DNA of 64,000 nt, taken from positions 31,496,001 to 31,560,000 of the forward strand of contig NC_135656.1 in NCBI RefSeq assembly GCF_964188315.1. Reading direction: 5' to 3'. This document shows, piece after piece, positions 63,820-64,000 of this stretch. Source of the DNA: Podarcis muralis. Taxonomy: Eukaryota. Each line of letters begins with the position of its first letter. The stretch's first letter is position 1. The notes below the pieces were generated by a model that did no database searches, was not told the DNA's origin, and saw only the letters and a program-made list of their open reading frames with translations. The translations under genes and the position numbers were made by a program.

Positions 63820-63944
63820 AAATTGTTTTAATGTTGTATTTTAATCTTGTTTTTAAGTTGTATTAATGCAACTCGTTTTTATTATTGGTTGTTAGCCGCC
63901 CTGAGCCCGGCCTTGGCTGGGGAGGGCGGGGTATAAATAAAATT

Positions 63945-63996
<52 letters not shown>
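63820..63996 (+). mobile_element. L2-like LINE 3' end with (ATT)n tail in the NPB intron
   Basis: GTTAGCCGCCCTGAGCC...GGGCGGGGTATAAATAAA followed by an (ATT)n microsatellite. Confidence 0.7.
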
Positions 63997-64000
63997 GCTG

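Overview
Vertebrate genomic DNA from a squamate reptile, probably a lacertid lizard (inferred from Sauria/Squam-type SINEs and BovB). It is syntenic with the human 17q25.3 block P4HB(-) / ARHGDIA(-) / ALYREF(-) / ANAPC11(+) / NPB(+). Three genes can be fully reconstructed with GT-AG junctions and consistent phases: ARHGDIA (204 aa, 5 coding exons), ALYREF (253 aa, 6 exons) and ANAPC11 (84 aa, 2 coding exons). P4HB exon 1 and NPB exon 1 lie at the window edges. The rest is mostly transposon-derived: six Sauria SINEs, other SINEs, BovB/RTE/CR1/L2/L1 fragments, Tc1-mariner, hAT and Harbinger-like MITEs, and three solo LTRs. There are two short N gaps. Most ORFs in the supplied track are spurious or repeat-derived. 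I found no unambiguous novel system. The best leads are two long foldback inverted repeats, a templated local duplication and a CpG-rich candidate terminal exon in the P4HB-ARHGDIA spacer; a pre-miRNA-sized hairpin in the last ALYREF intron; Ser101->Cys at a PAK1 site of RhoGDI-alpha; an LTR with an inverted 5' end; and a tRNA-Asn-like SINE in the NPB promoter. Repeat family names come from sequence recognition, not from a database search.
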